Positions 36,198 through 48,243 of a DNA stretch of 64,000 nt are shown one piece after another. This stretch comes from Selaginella moellendorffii. Taxonomy: Eukaryota > Plantae > Lycopodiophyta. The notes under the pieces were generated by a model. The model was not told the DNA's origin. It did no database searches and worked only from the letters and a program-made list of their open reading frames with translations. Numbering within the stretch: the first letter of the stretch is position 1; each line of letters begins with the position of its first letter. The position numbers and the translations under genes were made by a program. The stretch spans positions 682,019 through 746,018 of the forward strand of contig NW_003314295.1 in NCBI RefSeq assembly GCF_000143415.4, written 5' to 3'.

Positions 36198-37627
36198 TGC
36201 TTATTTTGTAAAGTGGGTCTACAAGATCCCTATAGGGACTTGCATGTTCTAAAAGGTCAGGATCAAAAACAAAAACAAAGAGGAGTATCGAAGAAACTTT
36301 CATCTACTCCAGAGTTGAGCTTTTGCCCATTCTTAAAGGGCACAGTGGTCTTTGTTGTGCTATAGAATGGTTGTAGAGACACTGTAAGTTTTCTTCCACG
36401 GCAGGACAACGTACACCATCCAGAACCGGAAATTCTTACGGGTAGAATCCACTATCCAGCACATCCTCTAGCAGCACTGCAAAACAAAGAAATTGTCTTT
36501 AAAACACTCAAAGGAATAAAAGAGAAAAAGAAAGAAATACGAACCTGATCCGGAGAAAATCGCCACCCCTTCACCATTACGCTTCCCGCATGGTGTTTTC
36601 TTCTTCTTCTTCTTTGTTTGATGATAGTTTTCTCCGATCTAGCCTTTCGTTCGACGAGATGACGATCCATACTCCCATCCTCCAGACTTGCTGGAAGAAT
36701 CAAGTGCTGGATGAAACCATCTTGCGGAGATTTTTCCATTCTTTTGGCCAGGATGTCCAGGGTGCCAAACTGGAACACGTCCATGCTGTGAAAGTTCCAG
36801 TTTGTGAATCACCGCGATCGTGCTGGGTGATTGACGTGTGAATCCCGTCGCTGAATAGAGCTGTTCTGTGGATGTGGATCCATCGGAGGCAACGTCCATT
36901 GGAGCAGCAAAATGCAGTTTTCTTCTCGAGGATCCTTGTGAGGAAAACAAAAGAGAACTAGAACGATTCATGGATCACGTATGTCGCATGGGCGAGATCC
37001 ATAAGCGCATGCTAGGCATCGCGATTCCCGCTGTTTACACTTGAAGGGCGTAAGAACTTTGGATGTCCAGTTCTAGCTGCTTGGCAAGATACGCAAGGAC
37101 CGCCATCGAGAGAGTGAAAAGAAGTTAGGAACTAGTAATGGCTCGAGGGTGCTGTTCACGTCCGTCTGTGCCCGCCAGCAGTGATCTTCTCCTGGCTGAC
37201 GGCGGTTTGGGTGTGGAGGAGATGAGCTTGGCCGGCATGCAGAGGTCGGAGCTGAATTTCTACGCCCTGGCGGCCGCGTCCAGGGTGCCGCTGGTGCACA
37301 TCTTGACGGATACGAGGACGAAGGCCTGGGCGTTTGTGTGCACGGGGTACGAGGACACGCACTCGGAGCTTGCTCCGAAAGACGGAAGACCTGAAAGACT
37401 TTTTTGAGGATCACCAGGTCCAAGTACCCGTATCCAGTCCATTTACATTCCCACAGAGTCTAAGAGCACCACCTAGCTTAATAATCTCCAGAGCCAAGAA
37501 ACCAGACTTTGTGATCCAAATCCCCCTTGCGGTGTGTCTGGATGCTCCTGGATGTCTGTTTCCTGCCTAAAACCCTAAAATAAATTTAGGGTTTAAGGTT
37601 TAGGCTTAAAGTTTTTACAGGTTTGTA

Positions 37628-40451
37628 TTAGTAATATTTGCCTGTTCTCGTAGACAGCAGCTGGAAACTCTGCGACTTGAGTTCTTCCATCTCGAGCTTG
37701 GCTCGAGACATCTCTGCAACCATGCTTGCAATTTTCTCTTCGGCTTCCAGGATGGATTTCCTCGCGCGCTCTTTCTTTCGATGCTTGCTCCTCAGGGACT
37801 CACGGCTGCTCTCCTCGAGCCTCTGGCGCTGCTCTTGTATCGCTGACGCTGCCAAGTGCAGCGTCAATCGTTCCAAAGCTTCCTCTCGCTGCGAAAGTTG
37901 GTACTCCGTCTCTAGCAGCCTGGATTGGAGCTGGCTGTAACGCTGTCCAAGTGCTTCGTGCTCGACAGCTTCGATATTGAGTTTATTTCTCGCCGCTTGA
38001 AGATCGGACGAGAGCTGCTCCTGATAAAGCTGCAATCGATCTATATGAGAAAAAAGAAAAACAAAACAAAAGACCAGCATACCTCACGAGCTTCCAGTTT
38101 TGTGATCTTTACGCTCTGACTCTCCATTTCGCTCATAACACGCTGTAGCCTTGTGAGGACCTCGTTTTTCTCGAAAACAGCAGCGTCGGTTTCCTTCTGG
38201 CATGCTTCCACCCTGCTCTTCCAGTCGCTTAGAAGACAATCTTTATCGGCCAGCTCCTTTTCTAGAGCCTTGATGTTCATTCTTAGCCCTTTGGCTAGCT
38301 CCTCTGCCTGTGAGAATATGTCAGAACGGTTATAAAAGTAGAACTTGCTTACTTCGTTCCTCGAGTTTTTCAACTTCGCTTCGAATGAGGCTCTCAAGCC
38401 AGTATGTTCTGCTCGTAGGTCTGCCAAAGCATTCTCCGCAGTGGACATGTCATTGGCCAAACGCATGTTTAATTCCTGCGCGTAGGCTAAAGTTTTTTCT
38501 TTTAAGTCCAACTGCTGAGCATGCTCGTCAGCAGCGCGAGACCGTTTTGCCTTCATCGCCTGGATGTCAGCTTCCAGTTCATCGTTTTGAGAGGGAGCTA
38601 CACTCGAGTTTTTCGACAAATCCTCTCCAAAGTCAATGCTTGAGTGCTTATCATCTGCGTGGTTTCAGCTCGTAAGTGAGATAAAATGTAGAAACAATAG
38701 CTGCTTACCTTCGCTAGATGACAATCGAGATACATCTGTCTGAAAACCTCCAAATACTTTAAACAACCTTTTGTTAAGCTCGGTTTTATTGGAAGTCGCG
38801 TCAATGGAAATGGTTTTTTCCTCCGAAGGAACTTGAATTCTGTCGAACGAATAACATGATAAGCAGCAGTAATAACATGTTGCATGGCATACCTGTCCAG
38901 AAACTTGTCGTCCTCGCCTTGCTAAGAAAACAACACTGACGTTAGGCTCGAATTCAATAGACAACCAACCTTCTGATTAAGACGCGACTTCAGTTCACCG
39001 ATTTCCGTCTTCAATCTGAAAATTTCAGCATCCTTTTCATCTTTTGGAGGTTTCATGCTCGGCTTTCGCTCTTGAAAAATAGGAGAAAAATAAATGCTGG
39101 AATAGCCCTGCGGAAGACTTGCTGTCCAAGAAAAAGTTTCAGTCTCCGTTCTACAACCACCGCCGCAATCCGCTTCTTCCAACCTGTTACGAAGCCGTTG
39201 GCTTTCCAGCTCGGTGACCTCCAGCCTCCGTTCCATTTCTTTGAGAACGGCTTGTTGCGTTTTCCACCGTTGTTCTTGGGCGGCTACCAACTTCAAAACT
39301 TCCGACTTGGTCTCTTTCTTGAGTTTCCACCATTTCTCCTTGTTTCCATCTGAATGTGTGGCATCAGTCGAAGAAGAAGAAGAAGAAGCCTTGCTGTCTT
39401 CAGGAAAATCAAGAATCGTTTCCTTTAGAGCTTCTGTTGGCTCACTTCCTCCGTCTTTTTCAGGTGTCTGCTCGCTGATCTCTAAACGTGTCCCTGGGAC
39501 CCCCGTTTGCCGCTGGCTCCTGGCTTGTTCTACCTGGGCTTTAAAATCTTGCACACTGTTTTCAATCGCTTTCCTCGAAATGTCATGCTTGGCCTTCTGA
39601 AGTTCCAGCAGCTTCAAAAGTCTGAAGAAATGCCCCAGCTCCACTTGCACCTCAAATTTCAAGTGAAGGCTTTGACGTTCATTGAGTAAGCTTTCCAACT
39701 TTCCAACAATATCCTAAAGTATATCAAACACGTTAGAAGATCGCAGCAACAAAACTTTCCAACACGTACCTGTGCCAGTTCAGCCGCTCCAACAGTGCTA
39801 TAAACAATTTTCTTCCCGAGGGCCACAAGCTCGCTTCTGTGTCTTTGTAACTTGGCCTTCTCAAGTTGTAACAGCGTTGCAAGGTCCGACTGCTCCACTT
39901 TTCCGATCCTTAGCTCTTTCTCCGCCTTCTCGAAGAACCAGGCCCTCTCTTCGAGCAAAGTTCGAGCTTTCTCTTCCAAAGCCTGCAAAAACAAAAACGA
40001 AAAGGATAGTTCAGCTGACTGAAATGTTTTCAAATGGTGAACCTGGACTAGGATGTCTTCACATTCTTGATTTTCGATTTCTTCCTGAGACTCTCGCTGC
40101 TCGTCAACTAACGCCGGCGCTGCCACGGCCGCGTCATCTTTCACTTGATCAATCTGAAGAGGAACCAACTCGATTTCTTCTCCGACTTTACTTTCCAATC
40201 CATCCCCGCTACTTTTTCGCTGATCTCTGTCTAGCTTACTTTCGTAGTGATCTTTGATTTCGAACCGTGACTGTAGAAGCGCAATCTCATCAAGTAGGAA
40301 ACGCACTCTTGTCTGGAAACAAGAATTTTTCTGGCATATGTTTTCGAGGAAAACGAGGAAAAGAGGGCTTGTTCACCTGAGAATCGGGAGGATTGTCAGT
40401 AATTCGCGTCCAGAAGGTTTGCTCCTTGGCCTCCTCTGCGATAGCTCCCAT
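37628..40451 (-). CDS. Multi-exon long coiled-coil protein of unknown family
   Basis: E/K/L/Q-rich heptad ORFs (39659-40306, 38922-39698, 38041-38619, 37628-38080) separated by short introns; probable first exon MGAIAEEAKEQTFW from 40451. Confidence 0.75.
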
Positions 40452-40946
40452 CGAAACGATAAACAAGAAATGTCGATCCGATCGAGAAATCTCTCATCCA
40501 ACCGAATGCCTCAATGCCGCTCCCGGCCAAGAAAGATAAGACGATCAATCCCGAAAACCTAGTACCTGTGTCGCCGCTGGCGCTAAGCGCGATGGAGGAA
40601 TCCACACGCAGCAGCATGCAACAAAACCGCCCGATCGAGAGGAGATGTTATTGCGACTAGATCACGAGGATCCGTTATCGATCCAGCTCCAGCAGCAAGG
40701 CGGCAGAGCCACGCACAAGACGCTCGTGTGGAGCAAAGGAGGGAAGCGAGAAAGAGAAAGAAAAGAGGGAGGAATTCCAGTAGAGGGCGGGGAGCCCAGG
40801 CAACCGCGCGATCGCACGCCAAATGTGAGAAACCATCGCGTCGCCATTCCATGTCATAATAAAAACCGGCCCACCGAATTCCGCGTGGGAATCTGCCGGC
40901 CGGTAAGCTTGCCCGGGCGCCACGTCGGACGCCCCAGACAATAGGC

Positions 40947-43016
40947 TCACGGAAGATTCCCGCCAATGGAGTTGGCTAGAAGCGAATATGCCGCGCTATT
41001 GCTCGCGTTTAAATCCAAAACGCTCTTGCTAGCTTCCACGCCTCCTTGGCGATCAGTGTTGCTTCTGCTTCTACACGCGCCCAGCAAGCACGTCCAATCT
41101 AGGGCATCTGGCACGAAGGGCATGCCCGCGATTAGGTCTTGGGCATCGCCCACATACCCCGCGCGGCCTAGAAGGTCAACCACGCAGCAATAGTGTTGCT
41201 TGGTTGGGTTGACTCCATAGTCAACTACCATTGACCGCCAGCCGCTCCGCCCGTCCCAAACCCTACCGAGCTGGCTGCTGCCTACGAGAAAGCACACAAA
41301 GGAGATTCCATTTGGTGGGAGGATCAGTGGGATGCTGAAGAAGGAATCTAGGGCATGGGTAGGCTGGTTGTGCTGTGTGTATGCCGCCAGCATTGCGTTC
41401 CAGGAGGCTGTGTCTCGCTCCGGCATGGAATCGAACAAGCGGCCAGCTGCTGCAAGATGCCCATTTGAGGTATATGTCGTGAGCATCGAGTTCCAAGCAA
41501 TAAGATCTCTCTCTGGCATTAGACTGAAAAGGACTTTAGCTTCATCTACACAAGCATGATGAGCGTAAATACATAACAATGTCGTCCATGCGACTAAATC
41601 TTTACAAGGTAACTGATCGAAACACTCTATGGTTAAGTCCAAATTGCCAAACTGCGCTACTGATGTGAATAACAAGTTGAAAGACACTGGATCATGCTCA
41701 GGCATTCTATCAAATACGTGTTTTACAGATTCATAAGGGCAAAGAGATTTGGAATGAAGAAAAACTGTCAAAAGCGTGGTCCATGACACGAGATCTCGCT
41801 CCTTCATAGCGTCAAATATTCGCATCGATTCCTCAACATCCCCTGCCTGGGCATATCCAGTCAGCAAAGCGTTCCACGTGGCAAGAGTGTGGAACTTGAG
41901 CCCCCTTGAGAGCGCCGCCAGCTCGTCAACCCCACCAACCAGGGCATAGCACATCAGCATTTTGGACCACGTCACCAGATTGCGCTCCTCCATGGAATCA
42001 AACAATCTCCGCGCCTGGTGGACGTACCCCTTTTGGGCATATACTCCGAGGAGAGTATTAGACGAGAGAGCGCAGTGCCGCGGCATTCGATCAAACAGCT
42101 CCTTCGATTCCTCCAGTAGATCGTTCTCCACAAGTGCCGCAACCATCGTTGCCCAGGAAATTAGATCGCGCTCCGGCATTCGCTGGAAAATTTCTCGCGT
42201 GTAGCGAAGATGCCCGTTGAAAGCATAGGCGGAGAGCATTGCTGTCCAGGCGATAAGATCTCTCTCCGGCATGCTATCGAACGCCCGCTTGGCCCTGACA
42301 ACATCCCCGCTCAAGGAATATCCCGTGAGCATAGCCGTCCATGCCACGAGATTCCACTCGGGCATGGAATCGAACACGCGGCCTGCTGCTTTGACGTCAC
42401 CGGAGCGTCCGTACGCGCTAAGAAGAGACGTCCATGAGAAGAGATTCCGCTCGGGCATTTGATCGAACGTCTCGCGAGCGTTTTCCATTTGCCCTCGCTC
42501 GGCATTTGCAGCGAGCATGGCAGTCCAGGCGACGAGATCCCTCTCGGGCATTTGATCAAAGTGGTATTTAGCGTCCTCAATGTTAGAAAATGTGGCGAGC
42601 ACTGTGAGCATTATCGTCCAAGCTATCAGATCGCGTTCTTGCATCGTATCAAATAGCGTTTTTGCTTCCTCGTGATGCCCGGAGAGAGCAAATGCGGAGA
42701 GGAGAGCAGTCCACGATCCGAGACTCCACCTCGGCATTCGATCAAAGACGCCCTTGGCGTTTGAGAGATCGCCGCTGCGCGCGTATATGGAGAGCATGAT
42801 CCCCCAGGAGAAGGAGTCCCTGTCGGCAATGGCGTCAAAGATCTGCCGCGCCCGCTCCACGCAGCCCAGGCGCCCAAACATCTGAACGAGCTTGTTGCAG
42901 AGGAATGCGTCAATTTGGAGCGAATTTCCTGGAATCGATGCATAGATTTCTCGCGCTTGGAGAGGTGACATGCACGATTGGATCTCTTCCAGGCAGACGC
43001 TTCGCCTGAAGAGCAT
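40947..43016 (-). CDS. PLS-class PPR protein dominated by short 31-aa repeats, truncated E domain
   Basis: Tandem FDxMPERDLxxWTAML repeats; HYCCVVDLLGRAG; WTCLLGAC. Confidence 0.93.
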   Translation of the reverse strand: MLFRRSVCLEEIQSCMSPLQAREIYASIPGNSLQIDAFLCNKLVQMFGRLGCVERARQIFDAIADRDSFSWGIMLSIYARSGDLSNAKGVFDRMPRWSLGSWTALLSAFALSGHHEEAKTLFDTMQERDLIAWTIMLTVLATFSNIEDAKYHFDQMPERDLVAWTAMLAANAERGQMENARETFDQMPERNLFSWTSLLSAYGRSGDVKAAGRVFDSMPEWNLVAWTAMLTGYSLSGDVVRAKRAFDSMPERDLIAWTAMLSAYAFNGHLRYTREIFQRMPERDLISWATMVAALVENDLLEESKELFDRMPRHCALSSNTLLGVYAQKGYVHQARRLFDSMEERNLVTWSKMLMCYALVGGVDELAALSRGLKFHTLATWNALLTGYAQAGDVEESMRIFDAMKERDLVSWTTLLTVFLHSKSLCPYESVKHVFDRMPEHDPVSFNLLFTSVAQFGNLDLTIECFDQLPCKDLVAWTTLLCIYAHHACVDEAKVLFSLMPERDLIAWNSMLTTYTSNGHLAAAGRLFDSMPERDTASWNAMLAAYTQHNQPTHALDSFFSIPLILPPNGISFVCFLVGSSQLGRVWDGRSGWRSMVVDYGVNPTKQHYCCVVDLLGRAGYVGDAQDLIAGMPFVPDALDWTCLLGACRSRSNTDRQGGVEASKSVLDLNASNSAAYSLLANSIGGNLP

Positions 43017-43135
43017 GGGATGGGACGTGAGAGTCCAAGGCGCTAAGAGAATTCTACACGAAATGGTGACTCAAAAAAAGGTTAGATTTTCATTCAACTA
43101 TAGGAGTAGAATGCTCAACTCTAGGAGTGGAATGC

Positions 43136-44706
43136 TCAACTCCATGCGAGCACCTCAACTGGAAGTCGCGGAGAAGCCATGGCTTTGAGTGGTGTCTTGA
43201 CCCAGATGACAGCGCCGCCAGCTTCCTCCAGCGCATTCTCCTCGGCAGCACTCCAGTGGAAGCCGTGGATCAAGTTCGCGAGTGCCAGCTGAACAGTTCT
43301 AAGCCCGAGCCCCATCCCCGGACACGCTCTTCGTCCCGAGCCAAACGGAAGCAGCTCGAAGTCCTGGCCTTTGACGTCCATGGAACTGCCCAGGAACCTC
43401 TCCGGACGAAACTCGAGGGGCTCGTCCCACAGGGCTGGATCTCTCCCGATGGCGTAGACGTTGACGAAGGTGGTGGTTCCTCCTAGAACTCGGTAGCCCG
43501 CTAGATTGGATTCGTGCGTCGGCATGTGAGGGACGAGGAGTGGCGCCGGGGGATGGAGTCGAAAGTTTTCCTTGATAATGGCTTGGAGATAAGGTAAGCG
43601 CGGAAGGTCGGCCTCGTCCACCATCCGGGAGCGTCCAACCACGGCGTCGAGCTCGTCGTGTGCTTTGTCCAAGACGCGCGGAGCACGGTGAAGGATCTCT
43701 GCCAAGGCCCACTCAATCACCGTCGCGGATGTATCAGTCCCGCCCGATACAAGCTCCTGCGCACGCCAAGTAAATCCACCAAGCTCTAGGCATTCGACTA
43801 ACAGTGGCTTACTGTCATGGCAGCTTTCACTATGTCTTCTCCTCGCGGGTCCTCCGCCAGAAGCCCCAGCATCATATCCATGATGTCTTTGCTTGACGTC
43901 GATGTGTTCTTCTCGTTCTTATGCTCGTCGATGATCTTTTGCAGGAACTGGTCCTGCTTCGCGTGTAGCCTCCGGATCCAGTAGACGCTCCAGTCGATCC
44001 ACCTGAGGTAGGAAGGGAGCAGCGCGCTTATGCGAAACTGTAGAGCGGTCTCGGACAACTCCACCAGGATGGCCTTGAAGACGCTGGCCTCGCTCGAATC
44101 AATGCCGTGCAACTCCTCTCCTTGGTGCTGGAAGTACCTCTTGTTCATCAAGATCCGGGTGATGGTGTTGAAGGTGAAGCATGTCAAGAGGTTCCTCATG
44201 TCCACGGCCTCATTCCTCTCGTGTGCTCTTGCTAAGCCCGACAGCATGAGAGAGAGCTCCTCCAAGCGCAGCGGGAGGAAGGAATCGATTCTTTTCGAGG
44301 TGAGGAGCTCCACGCTGTAGAGCCTCCTCAGCTGCTTCCATAAATCGCCATACGGTGCTCCTCCCATGAAGTATTTGTAGAACCCAATGTCCAGTCCGAC
44401 GTTGGAAGGCCTGGAAGCGAACGTTGCGTCGTGAACCCTGAGTACCTCTTTCGCCAGATCAGTGCTGGAGATCACCACGGCATGGCGAAAGCCGAATCGC
44501 AGCGAGAAAATGGGGCCGTGCTTCTCGGCCAGTGCTTGGAAAGATTGGTGAGGGAGTTTTCCCAGGAGATGGAGATGGCCAATTAGCGGCAGGCCGGAAG
44601 ATGGCGATGGTGGCAAGGGCGGCTTGAGCCATGACTGGCGAAAGTAGAATCCGAGAAGTGGAAGCAAGATCAAGATGAGCAGGATGGAAGCTGTGAACAC
44701 ATCCAT
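43136..44706 (-). CDS. Cytochrome P450, CYP71 clan, paralogue of 24462-26028 (intron 43757-43812)
   Basis: Shares long near-identical peptides (MRNLLTCFTFNTITRILMNKRYFQHQGEEL; FRPERFLGSSMDVKGQDFELLPFGSGRRACPG) and the intron position. Confidence 0.96.
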
Positions 44707-44826
44707 ATGAAAGAATGGCAAACTTATGAAGAATTTTGCACGAGCTTGATGGAAAAATTCAGAGACCAGACCAGATCGATGTGAAAGCTGAGGAAGCGTG
44801 GATCATCGAAATTCTTCAATGTGGTC

Positions 44827-45220
44827 TTGGAATCGAACACGCGGCCTGCTGCTTTGACGTGGAGAAGCATTTGATTAAACATCTTGGGTACTTTTCCAAT
44901 CTGCTTTCCGGCATTTGCAGCAACCATGGCAGTCCAGGCAAGACGATCTCTTTCAGCGATTTCTTCCCAAGGCCCTCCTCAATACGTAAAAAGCTGTGAG
45001 CGCTGTGAGCATTACAATACAAGCTATTAGATCGCGTTCTTGAATTGTGTCAAAAAGATTTTGTGGTTCCCCATGATGCCCACAAAGGGCAAACGTGGAG
45101 AGGAGATCCACGATCCGAGGGTTAGCATTTGAAAGATCGCTGCTGAGAAAGGAGAATGATCCCTGCCACGATCTGCCGCGCCCACCGAGGCGCCCAAACA
45201 TTTTTTGCAGAGGAATTGGA
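44827..45220 (-). pseudogene. Deleted duplicate of the 5' part of PPR 40947-43016
   Basis: ggaatcgaacacgcggcctgctgctttgacgt matches ~42366-42398; catggcagtccaggc, agatcgcgttcttg and gatctgccgcgccc..aggcgcccaaacat recur in order with deletions. Confidence 0.8.
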
Positions 45221-45543
45221 TTCATCGATTTTCTTGACGCAGTGATTGGCGCAAAGAACCCTAATTCACAAAACATAACGGTCGACACGCCGGTGACGTG
45301 GCGCTTTTTGGGCTGTTGGCACCCGACGGCTCGCCGCAAGTCTTGTACGATAGCGGGGGAATAGGGCAGAACAAATGCCGCTTAGTTTCCATGTCGCTGG
45401 AAACGGATGATGATCGCGCTGGCTCTTCCGGTTCGTTGGAACAATCTCGTTGTGCTCGCCCGATCATAGCTCCTGGCGCCTAGATTCTTCGTCTCCTCCT
45501 TTGTCCAGGGATGGCCCCCTCGCGGCGATGAGTTCTTCGTAAT

Positions 45544-48115
45544 ATGGAGGAACCACGGGCGCAATCGCAATCTCAAGGTAGGGATTTCTTTTCTTGCATT
45601 GGATCTTGGGGTGAAATGTTGCTCCGTCGTTTAGATGTCCCCTCTAGCTCAATGAAGCCGCCTCCTCCGGCGCTGGAGGATGCGCGAGAGCCTGCCCGGA
45701 GTAGCAGCGGATTGACCTCTCCGAGGTTGGAGAAGCATAACAGCAGTGGCAGCAAGAAGGGCAGGAGGAAGGCCGCGCTCAAGGCTATCATCGCTTCGTC
45801 CAAGCTCAAGCAAGCACTCAGGAGGAGGTCTAAAATCTTTGATCGGAGGCAGTCCATTCCCATCCAGGACATCCGCGACGTTGAGGAGCAAGTCATCGTG
45901 CAAACTTTTAGAACCACACTGGTGTCCGAGAATTTACTTCCGGAAAGCCATGACGACTATCACGAGCTGCGAAGGTACTCGTATACTCTAATGCTTGCGA
46001 TGGATGGTTTTCGAATTTTTGTATAGTTCTAATGTTAATCCTTCAGGTTCTTGCGTGCTCGTGGACTTGATATTGACAAGGCTAAACTGATGTGGTCAAA
46101 TATGCTGCAGTGGCGAGCGGAGAACGGGGTGGACACCATTGGGGAGGTAAATGATATCTCATTGTATATCTTTTTGTCACTGTGAGGAAAACTTCGTTTG
46201 TGTACAGGATTTCGAGTTTGGTGAGATCGAGGAAGTGAAAAAATACTATCCTCAAGGTCACCATGGGGTTGACAAAGAAGGGAGGCCCATTTACATCGAG
46301 CGCTTGGGAAAGGTTGAGCCCAACAAATTGATGCAGGTGACAACATTGGAGAGATACTTGAAGTATCATGTTCAGGAGTTTGAGAAGCTTTTGAGAATCA
46401 AGTTCCCGGCATGCTCGCTTGCAGTTAAACGGCACATTGACTCCGGAACAACGATTCTGGATGTTTCTGGTGTGGTATGGGTTTGGAATTTTTCTTTCTA
46501 GTCTCTTAAGGTAATCCACTTGTCTTGCAGGGTCTCAAAAATTTCAGTAAGACTGCACGGGACCTTATTATAAGAATTCAGAAAGTTGATGGGGATAACT
46601 ACCCGGAAGTAAGTCTGTTGCCTTTAGTTTTGTGCTGAAAAGAAACATTTTGATTGTTGCAGACTTTGCACAAGCTTTTTATTATCAATGCTGGTGCTGG
46701 ATTCAGGCTGTTATGGAACACAGTGAAGGGGTTCCTAGATCCCAAAACGACTTCTAAAATCACTGTGAGATAAAACTTACTGGTTACGCCCGCAGAAACG
46801 TTGTTACTTTCCAGGTTCTAGGATACAAGTACCAGCCAAATCTCCTGGAAGTGGTGGATGCAAGGTAATATCTGAAACATGATTGTATGCATAAATTTGA
46901 CGTGTTTTCTTCATACAGTCAGCTGCCAGAGTTTATAGGTGGTACGTGCACATGTCCTGGAGAAGGAGGATGTATGAGATCTGATAAAGGACCTTGGAAG
47001 GATCCAGAGTTATTGAAGGTAAGTTTTAAGTTGGCAAGCACACCCGTGAAGTTCTATTAGTTCTTTTCCAGGCGGTAATGATTGGCAAAGCAAAGTATTC
47101 AAGACAGGTTGTCAGCATAAATTCTCAGGTAGAAAAACACCTTGCTTCTGTCGGAATGTTTTGAGCTTTTGCTCTTTAGACCGGCGAGAGTGATGCACCC
47201 CCCGGCGAGGTAGTCGGGTCCTCGACGCAGACGCTCGCAGAAACATCGCGAATGCAGCCCGTCCAGGAAGAAGTATAGTACCTTTTGTATCCCATTTCAT
47301 TGTTGGTTCATCTAACTCCTGTTCTTAATTTTATGACAGATAGACGGCATTGCAAGGAACTTAGGAACAGATGATGTTGTGGTGGTAGACAAGATCGTAG
47401 ATTCACCAGCGACTGGGACTTCTTCCTCCGAACAACAAACCGAAAGCACTACAATAGACGACAGTAAGGTTCAGAAGTCTACGCCGGAGAGCAACGAAAC
47501 TCAGCAAAACATGGTACCAAAAAGAGCATTACCAGCTCGAAAAAGAGGTACGTCTTACATGTTTGCGTGTGCTACTAGCTGATGAACTTCAACATTTTAC
47601 AGATAATGACAGCTTTGTTTCAGTTTTAGTCGGGTTTTTTATGGGAATCTTAAGCTTTTTTCGACGGTTGATTTGGAGGGAGCAGCAATTACAAGAGAGC
47701 CCTCGGCCAGTCACACCTGCTGAACCTCAAAACGTGACGAAAGGGCCCAACGTTTCTGTCGTCCTTAATTCTCGAGTGGAAGACTTGGAGAAAAAGCTGA
47801 CAGAACTAAGCAGTTTGCCTTTGGCGACACTTCCTCCAAAGCAGGAGCTAGCTGCAGAACGCATCAAGACGCTGGAAGCGGACGTCGCGGAAACTAAGAA
47901 GGTTTAGCTCGAGTTTTTAAATTGTTTTTGCAGTCGAATACTCACTTGCTTGATGCAGACTTTGGGCGACGTACTGGTAAAACAGACCGAACTTCTAGAG
48001 GCTTTAGAGCGGCTCAAGGATTTGAAGTGGATGGTAAGGAAGTGCTCGTTTTGATTTGTCTGTACGCTTGACATCTTTCCCGAAATTGCAGAAGAAGGTA
48101 CAATGTTGGTGCTAG
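45544..48115 (+). CDS. SEC14-like phosphatidylinositol transfer protein (SFH, CRAL-TRIO plus nodulin-type tail), multi-exon
   Basis: [70 protein letters not shown]; coiled-coil tail ending KKVQCWC. Confidence 0.93.
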
Positions 48116-48243
48116 TACTTTGTTCTGTGTAAATAGTGGTGGAAAGGAATGCGTTTTTTTCATCTGCCTGCGTCGTTTGCCTAATCCCTAAAAATGGAAG
48201 CCAGAGGTATGCTGTAGGTAGTTGAGCTTGAAGCGTTTTCCAG

